A DNA stretch of 64,000 bases from Camelus dromedarius (Eukaryota): contig NC_087472.1 of NCBI RefSeq assembly GCF_036321535.1, positions 91,266,001-91,330,000 of the forward strand, read 5' to 3'. Positions 27,381-42,279 of the stretch are shown in pieces. Under the pieces are notes generated by a model that saw only the letters and a list, made by a program, of their open reading frames with translations, was not told the DNA's origin and ran no database searches. The stretch's first letter is position 1, and each line of letters begins with the position of its first letter. Both the position numbers and the translations under genes were made by a program.

Positions 27381-30300
27381 CCTGGCCTTGCAGTCTTTTA
27401 GTTACAGATACTATAATCATTGGCACATATAAAACCCAATGTATTACTCTTGTATCTAGCAGGCTCATACTTCATTTATATATTCTTTTTCAGGAGATGT
27501 TTTCCTCAATATTAGTGTCACTTTAAAATTAACTACTTAAATGCAAGATTCAAAATCTGGTTACATTTTGCTTAATACTGCCTGTGAAAAGTTATAAGCA
27601 CAGTTAAGAAACTATACTTAGAAAAAAAGCCTTTGGAAATACCTCAGAATGCCATCATTGCTGTCCTGGTAGAATGATGAATGACATGCATCCTTATTTA
27701 AAAATAAAATCATAATGTATAATTGGGACACATTTCTTAAAAAAAAAAAAACAAACCTAAAAACACACATAGTAAAATAGTAAGAACCCCAGAGGAAGGC
27801 TCTGGGGCTACTAAAAGTGCCATGTGGGAAGAGGTAGAAAGTTTTTTAAGAAAGCAGTCTCTGGAAGATGTGTGCTTGTGGCAAGTTATAACAATTGCAA
27901 ATGAGATGTGGTCACTGCTAGGAAGTTCTTTCAGAGAAAGATTGCCTTTCTGAGACCCCTGAGAAGGGGAGGAAATGTGTGTGGGTCTGTTGCAGGGGAG
28001 GCAGGTGATGTGGGAGTTTCCCTTTTCTCTAAGGGTGTGAGAACTCCTCTTTAATGGCTGAGAATTGGACACTCTCAACTTTGTAACAGCGTATGTTGCA
28101 TTTTGCTTGTATCATATGAGAGAGGATGAGTGAGAGTACCTGATATTGTAATTCTTTCTACTTTGTATTTCCTTCAGTCCAGTCACAGGCAAACAGAGCT
28201 GCTCAACTCTCTAAGAAGGGAAGAAACACCTTACTTGTCTTGGGCTCCCGTGCGCTGCTAAACTGGAAAGTGAACTTTCATTTTGGAGACACTGTTCATA
28301 GGGACCTGAAATCAACAAACTTTCTGACAGCTGAGGACAACTAAAACCAACGAAATTGGAATTTACAACCAGCTATGATGAACTCAACAAATATTAGGTT
28401 AAGATGATAAATCTATCACTCTTTAGCTAGAAAAAAACTAATAGTTCTATACAGGCAAGCAAAAGCTTGGCCCTCGGCAGTGCCAATTCAAGAAATTATC
28501 TGGGAAAAAAATTTTAGCACAACTGGCCTGGTATGGAGGGTCTTGTGGAACGTTCTCTTCCTTGGCCATAGGCTGGTAGTTGCTGAGAAGGAAGTGCTGG
28601 GTCACTTTGGTTCAGGTATGGGTTTCACACTGGCCAGAGGAGTGTAGATCAGAGAGCTGTGTGTTCAGTATCCTTACAGACACTTGGTGCAAGTGGAAGG
28701 CAAGTCACTTGGACTGGAGTTATGTGTCATCTTCACGAGCACCACAAAAACAAGAGAAAAAAGAATGGCACCTGAGTGGGTCCAGAAGGCCAGCACACCG
28801 CAGCGTACCTTACCTGCACGGTAGGTGGAGTGAGGTCAAAGTCATGGCCAATGGCTCTGGAATCTACATCCTGAATTCAACCACTCAGATTATTTACGTC
28901 TCTGGTAGTGGATATTCTGACAACAGAACGTGCTACGAAATGCCTCTTGTATGTTTACACTGTTTAGACTGTGAAAGCTGTGAGGACAATTCAAGGGAAC
29001 ATCCAACAACCGCTCTGACATACAACTCATCTGAAACTTGGCAAATGCAACTCTAAAAGAAGTCTGAAGTACTTCAACCTAGGTGTAGGGATAGTGAAAA
29101 TGAGGGATGGATATTAAAACATTGTTAATAAAATATCAAATTGCACAAGGCGATTTCTTTTAAAAATCAGTAATAACAGAAATACCACTGTTACAATTGC
29201 CCATTACTTGGGGATTGGATTAGCATGTATCCCCATTTGACAACTGCACAGCCTTATTTGTGCTCCATTGTTTCCCTAGCACACCTAGCACACAGAAGGC
29301 ACTCTGAGTTTGCTGAATGTCTGGTTGTGATTATGCTTAGTCTTTGTTTTTTTTTAAGTGAGTTTTACTTATACAAATAAGGGGAAGTCTGAAAAAAAAA
29401 TCAAAGTTTTAACTCAGGAGTGGTAGTAAATCTCAGAGCCAAGATGATATGAATTAAGGCACCGCCCAGACCAACTGGTGGTTCGCCTTATCTTTCAAAC
29501 TACCTGAGGAAGGAAAAAAAATAGCCCTAGAGTGATGAACTGGAGACATTTAAACTCTAAAGGGATGACAATGACCATATTATGCTTTCACTCTTTACAC
29601 TAGCCTATCAATTTCAGGTGACTGGGTTTATTTTCTCTCCCAGTATGAATGATGCAAAGCCAAACTTGGGCAGTCTATTAAAACTACTAGGAATTAACAT
29701 AGAGATGTGTAATAATGTAACACTCTCAGACAATTATTTCAGGGAGATTTCACAAGTGAAGTGTTTTGATTTCAAACAACCTCCCCCCACCCAAGCTGTT
29801 CCTTATTCTAGTCTTTCTCTACTCAGTAAAGGGCATCCCTATCTCCCCAGGAGCTGTAGCAAAAACCCCAAGCGCCATCTCTGATCCATCTCTCCCCCCA
29901 CCCTACTACCCTCTCTGTTACCCTGACATCTAATCATACCAGCAAGTTCTGGCCCTTCTCCCCCACCTCCACTGCTACCACTCTCAATCAAGTCACCACC
30001 CTCTCTCTCAGGACTCCCGCAGCAGCCTCCACACTGTCCCCTTGAGTCCACACTTAGGTCTTTACTGTCCAGTCTTCACACTGCTCCCCACAGCAGTCAG
30101 GAAGTTGCTTTTAAACTGTAAGTCAGATCTAGTCATCCCTTACTGTCTTGCTTAAAGGCTCCCTGTGATACTAAGAATAACATCCAAACTCCTAGGGCCG
30201 ACAAGACCCTATCCACTTCCCAGATTTCATTTCCTCCTGAAACCCTTTACCCACCTACCCTCACTCATCGGTCTTCTTTTACTCTATTTTTGACATGCTG

Positions 30301-30761
30301 GCCTTCTTTCTGATCCAGGAATGTGCCAAGTCTATTCCCACCTCAGGACTTTGCATGTACTGCTTGTTTCCTCAAACACTGTTGCTCCAGGGATTTGAAT
30401 GGCTGGCCCCTTTTGGCCTTTGAGATCTCAGCCAATGGGTTACTTCTTCAGACAGGTCTTCTTTGGGTATCCAATTTAAAGTAAGCCTCTCTAGGCATAC
30501 TCTACCATATCATATGGTTTTATGTTCTGCCCAGAATGTCTCTGTCTCTCAAGTGAGCTAGCATCTGTCTGCTCTTACTGTTGGTCTCACCCCCACCAAA
30601 ATAAAAGCTTCATGAGAACAGGGACCTAATCTTTCTGTTTATCTCTGTGCCCTCATTTCTCACAATGCTTGCCACTGCATGGGCATTCAAGGACATGCCG
30701 AATGAGTGAATACATTCAACTGAGATAATCATATACAGAGTAAAATATTCAATTAAAATAC

Positions 30762-30868
30762 CTTTTATGTTGGAAATATCAATATTGAGCTGTCCAAGTT
30801 TCTCACACGTTTTCTCTATACACTCATAGACAGAATGCAGAATCTCCTTAGGGTCTTGTTCCACCCAT
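30762..30868 (-). CDS. GK: Glycerol kinase coding exon 3 ([35 protein letters not shown])
   Basis: AAAG acceptor, GTATT donor, 107 nt; peptide visible in ORF 30610..30945. Confidence 0.97.
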
Positions 30869-33001
30869 CTTTGAACAAAAGAATACAGTTTGTTAGCCCA
30901 TAAGAAAACAATACAGATATAATTTTTATCACCAGTTATGTTCACTTATGAGTGTGTGACTGCATAAATCAAAGAAAATCACATAAGCAAAGCAAAGCAC
31001 ATCCAATATTCTAAAGAAATGATTTAAGGAAAAGCCTATTTCCTCCACATTTTTATTATTCTTCAGATAGTAATCATTTAAAAGGAGGCAAGTAATACCA
31101 GGCCACAAACAGCAATATCCTACCTCTTTTTAAATCATTTTTTCACATTTGTTAAGAAATTAGTTCCCTAATGCTTTATCAAAATTCATCAAACCTACAG
31201 GATATAAACTACCTTCTTGTTTTACTAGTCACTAGTAATTTTTAAGCAGACTAAGAGATAGATATTACTCTTTTGATGGGCTGATTGATTTCCTTGTTTA
31301 TTTGTGAAGCAAGACAAATTCTAAAAAGTCAAATAGGTATACTAATCTCTTTTGTCATTTTTTTCCCTAAAATGTTTTGTTAGAATTTATGGAAAATATG
31401 TAAATTCTTTCCAATAACTATTTCATGAAGGTAAGTGACTGGTCCACGTTTCCAGACCCAATCCCATTGCAATTCTGCAAATCTGGTTAAGGTATGAAGG
31501 CCTCAAAAGGATGAAAGGCTCCTAATAAATAACAAAGAAGAGAAGCCTGGGAAAAACAGATAGCAAATGAGGGAACCCCAAAGTAGAAATGACACAAGTT
31601 AAAAGAATCCTACACTAGGATCTGGAAGTAGCAAGGCAATTCCAAATGCCTTTCTTTCTTCTTTGCCTTCCTTGGGCCTGCCTGGCTTTCATAAGCTTAG
31701 AGTTGTCTCTAAATTCTCTTTTTCCAAAAACCCAATCTCCTTCCATGTATTTCTAATTTTTATCCCTCCAAGACTAGGTATTCTCTCTCTCAACTGCACT
31801 GGGATCAGGCCTGTGGACGGTCATTTTAATGCTGGTAACATGTCAATAGCTTTTGTTATTAAACAAAGGAATTCTCTAAAAGATAGGAGGACATTTATGA
31901 AAAATTTGGTAAGACACCAATTTTTTTTCTGTCTTAAATTGAACTAAACTTTACAGGGACATGGAGAGATCTAAAGTGCACAATCTGTTGAGTTTTAACA
32001 AATGTATATGCCAATCCAACCAACACCCCAGGCAAGATATAGAATATTTCCATTACTCCAGATAGTTCTTTCATGCCTCTTTCAAGTCAATCACACATTC
32101 TACAGGCAACCACTATTCAGATTTCCATCATCCTAGATTAGTTTGGCCTCTTTTTGAATTTCAGATAGAGCCATGCAGTATGTATTCTTTTGTGGTCAGC
32201 TTTTTTCACTTCCCATAATATCAAAGAGATTCAACCAGGTCATTGCACGTATCAGTTCACCTTTTAAAAATTGCCAAACAGTATTTCATTGTTAACGTTC
32301 TATTGAAGACAGACATTTGAGGTATTTCCAGTTTGGTCTGTTATGAACAAAGCTGCTATAAACATTCACGTATATGAGTCTCTCTACAGACGTATGTTTT
32401 CATTTCTCTTGGGTAAGTTCCTAAGAGTGGAATGCTGCAGATGTGTGATTAATTCTATAAGAAATTGCCACTTTTTCCAAGTGGTTGCATCATAAATATC
32501 AAATATTAGATATACTGTATAATAAATGTATATGTATTATGTGATATATATGTAGTAATTCCACAATTATGATATATGAACATTATTCCCCAAAAGGATG
32601 ATTTTAGTATTAGATAAGATATACGAATGCTTCTTAAAAATTTTTATGCCTTTATTTAAGGAAAAAACTCTTACACTCAAATCTGCAAAGCAGCAGTTTG
32701 GCAATGATGGAGACACAAAACTAAGTGACTTCAAAGTCAATGTGGAATTTCTGATATCTAATACTCCTTTGCTTTGTTACTTTTTTATCCTTTCCTTTTC
32801 TATCACTAAATTCCTAAGTCAATCATCCACATGTTTTTGTTGAGCTACGAAGTTATTGCTTCTTTTCTTGACAAATACCTATCCCTCAAATCTTCTCAGG
32901 ACGGTGTTTGGTCAAGTTTACTTTACAAAGATATAGGGCAGGTGGGGTGAGATGGACTAATAAACATGACGTATGTTTACATACTAAATTAGGAAACATA
33001 C

Positions 33002-33075
33002 CCTTCTCTTGGAAACTCTTGTTTTATTTCCACTTGATGATGACTAAGTAGTTCGGCTGTTTTTGAATTGAAAAC
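33002..33075 (-). CDS. GK: Glycerol kinase coding exon 2 ([25 protein letters not shown])
   Basis: TTCAG acceptor, GTATG donor, 74 nt, in frame with exon 1. Confidence 0.97.
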
Positions 33076-34909
33076 CTGAAAAATATATTGCAATATTAGT
33101 GGGAAAATGTAGGTAGAGAACAAAGATGTTTGAAAGTTATTCAGCAACTGAAGTTCTTACTCATGGATAGAAAAAGTCCAGTAAGATGAAATGTCATACA
33201 AGATGTTCTACTTTCTCTTCAGATGGAATCGTGGAAGTTATAAGGTACCTTCGGAAATAATAACTTCTCTTTAGATAAATAGAAATCTATTAAAGATAAA
33301 GCTAAAGAGGCAATTCCCTGTTCTTAAAAAAAACAAAAAATGGTTCCAGATATAGGAAATTTAATACATCAACCAATTAATGGTATGGATTTCTTATAAA
33401 GAATCGGAAAACCAAGAATAAAAGAGAGCTGGCAAAATGCTGATAGTGATGCCGTAAGTTTCCATTTTGTATCCATCTTGGACGTGGAGACAGAAGTTAC
33501 AGATGCTCAGGCAGGGAAGCATACTGTGTAAATTCCTTGGAAGGGCAGTGCAACAATCTATCTAGCTCTTATCAGAGGTAAGTGGAGCCACATCAGCACG
33601 GAGAGAACTGTATTGTGGCATTAAGCTGAATGCTCTCTGTGACATGCTTGTCATGAATTGCTCGTGCTTGATTATAAAACATTAAAACCAATGGACAAAA
33701 GTTACCAAAGAAGTGTAGTACAAGTGTCCACAATTTTAATACCACTAAAACAACTTAAAAAAAAAAGTTATTAGCAACTTGTTTTTCAAATATATTGTTT
33801 TTCACCTGGGTGTACTTAGACTTGAGTACCAAATTACTTAGTCTTTCAGAGTAAAGGTTCATATTTTAATTAAAGTTAACTTCTAAAATGACTGTAATCA
33901 CAGTAGTAAAGTCATATCCAAGCAGTGAACAAAGTGTTTCCATGTCTGGATTTCCTGCGGGAGAAAATTTCCTGCTGAACACAGACTAAGAAAGAGAAAG
34001 TAATAAAAAACACATGATGGGTCGGGTCACTGCTTTCTTCCCTTCTCAACACACACATCACCTTTCTGGGAGGAAGTGATAAATATAATGAAAGCAAGAA
34101 GGCAAATTCTCAAGTCCTTTGAGGAGATAAAATACCTTAGAAGTCAAAGGTTCATCTGACACACCATAAATAAAAGGCACTTGGCAGAACCCCGCATAAC
34201 ATCTTGGTAATTTACAACTTAGCATTAGGGATGTCTCTAGGATATCCAGTCCATTTGTCCCACTTTATCTGCTGAAATATCTCTAGGGCCTGGAATAGTG
34301 CCTGGCATGGGTTGATAATAAATATTTGTTACATATCTAAGAAACTATAGTCTATCAGGTACTTACTAGGAGAAAAATGATCAAACAAAATGGGAAACAG
34401 TTGTGTGGCAGAAAAACTCAGGAAACCACAGTTGAATAATTTTTCTTTGTATTACTGCTGTTCCCGTAGTCTACCCTAGTTCCCAAAGGACTCTGGGATA
34501 AGAAACAACGTGTGCCCTTTTGCTGGCTGGATTCATAAAGACCTCAACAGCAGACCTACGGGGCTTAAAGTGGAGTAGGATCCCTCATTCATTACCTCCT
34601 AGTTTTAACTAGGCTAGCTTCAGAACCCTCACACTAAAAATAAACTCAAAGGCCTTTAGAATAGGCACAGAAAAGGGAGCTCATTTGGTAAATTCTATCT
34701 GCCATATTAGAACATGATGCTGTCTGACCACACAGCATTTGGATGTAACAGAATTGAGCCTGGACCTCCCTGGACTTTTTCAGAGCTGAGTCTGAGGAGA
34801 AAATGGAGATCGCCTTTAGGTGTTTAAGACTGGACCCTGTGCACTGCTCCCAAGTTTGTGGGACACTTTATAGATCTACTATTTTAGAACCTGTAACTTT
34901 CTTAGTGGA

Positions 34910-35378
34910 GTATCATCCAATAGAAATATAATGCAAATCACAAATGCAAGCCACATATAATTTGAAATGTTCTCATAAAAAACAGTAAAAAGAAACAGGT
35001 GAAATTAATTTTAATAATTATTTAAGTCAACATATCTAAAAAATCATTTCAACATGTGATCAATATAAGAATAATTATATCATTTACCTTTTTTTAGTAC
35101 AAATTTTTAAAACTATTACTATTATTTTGAGTTTTTGGTGGGGGGAGGTAATTAGTCATGCTTATTTATTTTAAATGGCAGCACTGGGGATTGAACACAG
35201 GACCTCCTGCAAGCTAAGAGCACATTCTACCACTGAGCTATACTCTCCCCCCATGAAGTCTTTGAAATCTGGTATAGATTTTATACTTATGATCTACATT
35301 AATTCAGACCAACCACAACTAAAGGGATCAAGAGCCACCTGTGGCCAGTGGCTAATATACTGGACAGTGAAGTTGTGC
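34910..35378. mobile_element. MER3/MER33-like hAT-Charlie fossil, interrupted by a SINE
   Basis: TCCAATAGAAATATAATGCAA...GGTGAAATTAATTTTAATAAT...GTGGCCAGTGGCTA...TGGACAG. Confidence 0.7.
35115..35252 (-). mobile_element. tRNA-derived SINE inserted in a MER3/MER33-like element
   Basis: GGGATTGAAC...CCACTGAGCTATAC antisense head. Confidence 0.82.
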
Positions 35379-36229
35379 AGTACTGCTTTTCTCATATATC
35401 TAGGTTCATGTGAGGAATCATAATGAATCCCCTGACCACCCACTGGTCTGCAGATGGGCAAGTGTACGAAGTAGACTAATGATGTTTCTATAAGACTGGC
35501 TGGAGGGTTGCTAACTCCATATAAGAACACATTCATTGTCCAGTAGTGAGAATGCTAGTCTGTTCTTTTCAAGTAGACTTCAAAAGCCATCGTCAGTTAA
35601 AGACGGTAGTGGCTATAGAGTCTGCTTTATAAAAGCACTTTCATTTGTTTAAGAATCATTACATGGCAAGGGAGAAACAGCCAGGATTACAGATGCTCCT
35701 CATCTCCTTCTCCCTTTTCAAGTTTGAAATTCACCAAATTTAAAAGTCAGTTAAAACTTCGGACACACAACAGCAAAGAACAGAAAACTCTCTTTAAGAA
35801 AATGAAAGGCTGAGGCAGGGAGAACAGCTGCGGATGTGTCTGCAGTGATCCAGGTGAGACACATGGAGGGCTCCACTTGGAGGAAAGCAGCAGTGGGGAA
35901 TGAACGACGCGAAATGCACCGCTGGGAAAGAGTCAGTTCACAAGATAGGGGCAATTAGATGCAGCAAGGGCTTTGGATGGGGAGGAGTGACATAAAAGGA
36001 GGAATACTCAAGGCTGACAGGTTACAGGTTACAAGTTAGGGTGGTCAGTGTTTACAAGACAAAGGCAAGGTGAGGAGTAATAGCTGCGGTACAGCAACGG
36101 TTAAGGAGACTGCAAATTTTTAGAAATAAGATTGCAAATTTTTAGATTCTGTGTTTGAGGTGTTACTGCGGCATGGAAGTGGAGACACCCAGCAGTCAGT
36201 TGCTTATGTTTTAGGTCAAAAGCATAACA

Positions 36230-36522
36230 AAAGCGGTCCATTAAGGGTACAAACTTGGAACTAGTAGATAAATAAGTCCTGGGATCTAATGCACAGCATA
36301 GTGATTAGTCAGTGATACTGTATCATAAACTTCAAAGTTGCTAAGAGACTAGATCTTAGTTGTTCCCGCCATAAAAGATAATTGTTATTTATGTGACATG
36401 ACAGAGGTATTAATGCTACAATAGTAATCATACTGCAATATACAAATGTGTCAAATAGCACATTGTACATTTTAAATGTATGCTATGTTATGTCAATTAT
36501 GTATCAATTTAAAAAAAAAAAA
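36230..36522 (+). mobile_element. L1 3' end (L1MA/Laurasiatherian type)
   Basis: AAGTTGCTAAGAGACTAGATCTTA motif and polyA tail. Confidence 0.7.
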
Positions 36523-36524
36523 GA

Positions 36525-36633
36525 GGGGAAGGGAAATAGCTCAGTGGTAGAGCGCATGCTTAGCATGCATGAGTTCCAGGGTTCAATTCCTAGGACCTAC
36601 ATTAAAAAAATAATAATAATTAAAAAAAAAAAA
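36525..36633 (+). mobile_element. tRNA-derived SINE next to the L1 polyA tail
   Basis: TAGCTCAGTGGTAGAGCG...GGTTCAATTCC and an A-rich tail. Confidence 0.85.
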
Positions 36634-37149
36634 AGAAAGAGATTCATTCTTAGAATTTCATGTGGGCCAGAAATGCAGTTGAGAACTACATGCTTAGAGT
36701 AATACGGAGGCAAAGAGCACAGGACTCGGGGAGAGCTGGGCCTGGGCGGGGAGGGGGAGGTCAAGCCCAGTCCTGCCCATGTCAACTCTTTAACTTTTCT
36801 GAACCTCGACTTTTCCAACCATAAAAGGATTAAATAAAATAATTTATGAGAAGTTTTTTTGCAGAGGGCAGGCCCATAGCATGCATCTAAAAGATGTTAC
36901 CACTACTATTGTTGCTACAACTGCTACTATTTTTAATCACTGTTACTGTTACTACTACCACCATCAGCACAGCAGAGAGGTAATAGTTAGGATTCAAAAT
37001 CACCAGCTCTGTATTCTTCTAAGCTTAAATCATGTCTCAATTCGATTGTTTGGAGGGGGGAGGGCATTAAAAACTGGAGAAACAAGCTAACGTGAGAAAA
37101 GAGTTCAGCACAGGTTTATGAATAGCATAAACCCAGAAGATGTTACCGC

Positions 37150-37270
37150 CACTGCTGCTGATACTATTACTGCTACTGCTACTTCTTTCTTCTTCTCCTT
37201 TCTTCTTCTCCTTCTCCTTCTTCTTCTTCTTCTTCTTATTATTATTATTACTACTACTACTACTTCTATT
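37150..37270. repeat. Compound triplet microsatellite (CTG/CTA, CTT, ATT, ACT)
   Basis: Seen directly. Confidence 0.85.
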
Positions 37271-38717
37271 ACCTAGAAGTGGTGCAATTAGAAGTCACTA
37301 GCTCTGTACTCACCATTGTGCCTAAATCATGATCAATTCCAGGTTTGGAGGAGGGGGACAGTTTAAAAACATGGAAGAAACAAGGAAAATTATTTTTATA
37401 AAAATTGTTTAAAAAGGACTTTCTGAAACAATGCATGCCTTCTGTCTCAGAAGAAGGGGAGCAGTGGAGAGATGAAATGCTGTCCTTACTAAGTAACTGT
37501 CTTTCAGGCTTGCCTTACTCATCCGATGACTAATTCAGCCATCCCATCATAAACATGCAGATTCATTTCCCTCCCCATGTGATTTCCCCACCAGCCTACT
37601 CTCTTCTGTCACACTCAACTTTACTGTGTGATAAGCAAGACATTTTTTGGGAATGTAAACTCACTCTCTAAAACACTATGATACTATATAAATTTGCATG
37701 ACCTAAAATAAAAATACTAGCTACCAATATGTTACACTGGCAAACAAAAGGCATAATGGCACCTTCCAAAAAGCCACAGAAGTAAAGAAGACCTAGCAAA
37801 TGGCTTATTTTTTAAAAAATGAAACCATATTAAATAGTATATATACTTACATTTAATAGAGCTATAGTTGCCAAATTCAACTTTTTCCAAGAACCCACAA
37901 GTTTTACCTTTCTAGTCTTCCAACCCAAGAGTCAACACATTGAGCCCTGCAGGTCCCTCTCTGCTGATGTCTATTCATGTAATAAGCACCTACTACATGC
38001 TAGATGCTGTGTTAAGCCTCGGGGAGGGGGGCGGAATAAGACACCATTCTGCCCCCTCACAGAACTCAAAATTAAAAGCTCTTAATACTTCTGCTTATGA
38101 GAGACAAGAGGACGAGAGAGTGGCAGCTCTCTCATGAGACCATGCTCCTGCCATTTGTGTAATGTGATAGGCAAGAAAACAAACCAGCTTAGTGGGGAAA
38201 AAAACCCACAGAAGAATCACAATTACAGTTATTATAAGGGGGCCCCATTCCAGCTATGGGTCAAATTAGTTTTACCAAATTTAATGTTCATTAGTCCCTG
38301 GCCCCTAATGGGTGCTTAATATATATGTGAATAAATAAATGAAAGAAAGTGGAAATCCGTCCCTAAGCCTTCTGAGATCTCTAAGTATGATGAGACAACT
38401 GGGGCCAAGGCAATGTTTCCTGCCAAAGCAGGTACAGAGCTACAATTGTAGTCATTCTTCACAGATGCTGGCTATCAGAACGAAATGGTTATGCAACCAT
38501 TATCCACGGTGACTACACCTGAGCCCTGCCCAGGATCCACTTAACCTGAGTCACAAGATAATCAAAACCAGAAGGACTTATACAAAGGCAATATATATAT
38601 ATTTTTTTACATATTGTGAAACCAGTGTGGTTGCTTTTCTTGGTGAAGATTCACCCGTGACCATAATCACAACTGCTAAGTGGCCTTCCCCAGCCTCCCA
38701 TCTCCCCTTCACAGAAC

Positions 38718-39046
38718 AGTCGGTCCTCTGTATCCACGGTTCCACATCTGTGGATTCAACCAACTGGAGATCAAAAATATTTTTTAAAAATTCCAGAAGG
38801 TTCCAAAAGGCAAAACTTGAATTTGCCCTGCCCTTGGCAACTATTTACATAGTATTTACAACTATTTATATAGCATTTACATTGCACTAGGTATAAGTGA
38901 TCTAGAGATGAATTAAAGTATGTGGGAAGATGTGTGTAGGTTATATGCAAATACTGAGCCATTTTATTATAAGGGGATTGAGCATCCTAGGATTTTGGTA
39001 TCCACGAGGGTCCTGTACCCAATCCGCCATACAAAGGGATAATTGT
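38718..39046. mobile_element. MER2-like Tigger fossil
   Basis: CAGTCGGTCCTCTGTATCC...GGATTCAACCAAC...TTGAGCATCC...GGATTTTGGTATCC. Confidence 0.75.
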
Positions 39047-42000
39047 ACTCCAGGGAGCTGGGGAGTGAGCCTAGGCAGGAGTTAAGAAGATTGGCTTCTG
39101 ACTGCGAGAGATGGGGACTTGGAATCCTACTTCCACCAGTTGCTCTGCAACCTGGGGCACAATCCTCAGCACGGGTAGTCACCTGGGTAAAGGAGCTTAG
39201 AAATACTACCAACCACAGTTGTTATGAGGACTCACTGAGATGATACCAGAAAAGTCCTCAACGTAGTCCCAGACACATTTCAAGTCACAACACATTCCAA
39301 GCCCTTTTTTTTTAAACAGTCAACTTAATGCAGAAAATGCAGTTACCAAATTTTAAAGAAGGAAGTTGACACTGAGGCTGAAGCTTTTGTCTTATAAAGA
39401 AACGGCCCCTCCTTTAAACCTGTTACGCTAATTCTCTTTTCCAAGAAGTTCCTACTCTGCAATCTGGGTAAACATGTGCCAAGCCAGTTCACTTTCCTAT
39501 CAGACAAGTTGGAAATTTTCCTTTGGTACAAAAGGTATGCATAGGGTCCTGAGACGAAATTTTTGACAACTAGAGGAGGAAATGAACCCGTTCTAAAAAT
39601 TGCAGGTCTACTAATAACAGAAGAAATTAAGTAATCAAACATATCCAAGTCAGAAAGTTTTAAGATTTTTTTGACAAGGTAAAAAAGATAACCAGAATTA
39701 AAATTCAGTTGACCTATTAGAAAGAAAATTTGCTCAATAAATATGTATAAAGTGCCCCCATAGATAAAACATGTGTTCATCTGTCATGTTGACCAAGATG
39801 TTTTAAGGAATACAAAGATGAACAAGTCTTAAAAAGGAGGTTCCTGATTTCAAGTACAGCAGATACATAATAACACAAGGTAGGTGATAAGAGCTATTAA
39901 TAAAGATACAAAAAATGCTATAGAGACAGGGAGAGATTCTGACTAAGGGTTTGAGGAAGACTTCTACTAAGAGATGGCAGTTGAGCCAGTATTTGGAGGT
40001 AGAGCAGAATTTCAAGAAGCAGATATGGGGAATAAGGGAGGAGATAGTTCCCGTGGATGAAAGAACATGAATAAAGAAATCTTGTATTCATTACGGGAGA
40101 AAGCCAATAGAGCCAGCATTGAAAAAGGGAGCAGAAAGCATTGGAGAGGGTATTGCTCTTGTGAAAGCTGAATTAGATATGCAAGTTTACTGAATAGTGA
40201 TTAGGAAATTATTTTAATAACTTTCACCTTACAAGCTTCCTTATGCCAGTTCTTATCCACTGTACTTTTCCCTGAGAAGATAAGCAATTATTTTTGAGTC
40301 ATAATTATAACATGGAACAATATGACTGGAACAACTCCTGGGAATCACCTTGTGACTGAAGCGCTTATTCAGCACATCAATTATCTACATGTTGCAGGGA
40401 GTGGTTTAGCAACCTCTTTCCCTATAACCAAGGGAAAAAACACCTTGCTAAACCATTCTCAAGTTTTTCTCTACTTCACACAGGATCTCTAAGTCTTTTA
40501 TCTACCTCTGAAGCTTTCTCTCATAGTTGTTTCTCAAGAGGCAGAAACTTTATTAATCTACTTTTCTACATCACTCTTTAAGCAGGACAGGAATCTTCTG
40601 AATTTGCACCTTAGCTTAACTCCATCACTGAGATCATGCCACAGTAAACAGAACCCAACCTTTGAAGGCTCATCTTCATGTCATACACTGAACAACTAAT
40701 TGGGATAACATGAAGTTGATTAATTCTTTCTCCACCAATGCAGGAAGATGCCTCTTGGGCAGCAGAATCTGAGGGGCCAGGAACAACCTGCTATAGATAA
40801 AGATTGTTGGACCACATGGACAGCAACAGTGAAGAGTTGAAAGGAAAACAAGCACAGTAAGGCTGGCCACTAAAAAGGAAGCCTACAAAATTAGGAAATA
40901 TTTTACCCACTTTCAGAGAGAGCAAAGGCTGTATAAACTTGAGAACAACTGCCATGTTTGGTTTGGCCCCTGAAGTGCTTTACGAACTAGTTGCCAACAT
41001 TTAAGAATAGGAAGATTTCACTGAAAAAACTTTAGACTACCAGCTTTTCTTAGAGAATTTGAAGATCTGGCAAACCTGGGCTTGTTGTGTTCCTGCTTGG
41101 CAACCATAGGTTATTCCCTTGGCTTGAGTCTGCTCTCCAGTCTGCCTTCCTCCCTCTACTCGCCGGGCCCCTGCAGGCATTTGTGTGGGCAACTCTTGAT
41201 TATGGCTTCAGAAGTCAATCTACAGTTAGTCAGCACACACATCTTCATGGTCTTTCTTAATTTGGAAGATGGTAGTGCTGATTGCGTATCTTATATATGT
41301 ATCAAATCCAGTTAGGCAGACTTTCTTACTTATGATTCAAGATTACTTTATAAACATTTATATGAAAATAAGACAAAGTGAAACCTGCCCTGGGTGATCC
41401 AAAGATAAACAGTGGAAGAGATGGTAGAACTATGTCTTGGCAGTTCACACCGGGTTAAGTCATTCAATAAGATTCAAACTAAAACTGGACTGAAAGCTTT
41501 CCACTTTAGACAAGAGAGATGGAGTATCAAAATGAAGGTACAAATGCAGATTTTAGTCAAGTGGTCAAATTTTGAAATACATATATATGTACTGTATATA
41601 TAATTTATACAGTATACACACATACATACACATACTAAATTCATGAAAAAGTGATTTTAGGTAAAGAAGTGAAGATGACGCTAAATTATCATTCAATATT
41701 TACATCAACTTACCAGGTTGGTCAAATAGCCATTGAAAGCATCTTAATCAGTAGCTGGTTATTTAAATTATTTTAAAATTATCTTCCTGAACTCAGGGCT
41801 AGATCACTTAAAGAGTAAGTTTCTTAATTGCACAAAACAAATTAATTAGCAGAGTCACTTAACGTTATGGCAAAACGCTACATTGTGAATAAAAAGAGAA
41901 ACAATTTCTCTGTCACTTTACTTTGCGAAGTGCGGAGAGGACAATCATCTGTTTATAATGGGCAAAGAATCAGAACTGAAATTTACGAGTCTTATAAATT

Positions 42001-42279
42001 AAGTAGATTCTGGTAAAAGCAGTGTAGTGTGACTTGTTCCTAATGTATCCGGCCACTTTCCTCCCCTCTCCCCTTACCATTCTACCTTCTGCAATTTCTG
42101 TGAGAGAGGATGACAACGCATCATCACGTTTATACTATATCCGTTCTACTGCTCCAAAGGACGCTGTGTTAGGCTACCACAGTCGTGACACAGCTTCCCC
42201 CCCATCCAAGGACGTCCTGCTCCTAGCAGGCCAAATGCTTCTGGGGAAGAACGCAACAGCGGTCAATGTGGCCACCTGT

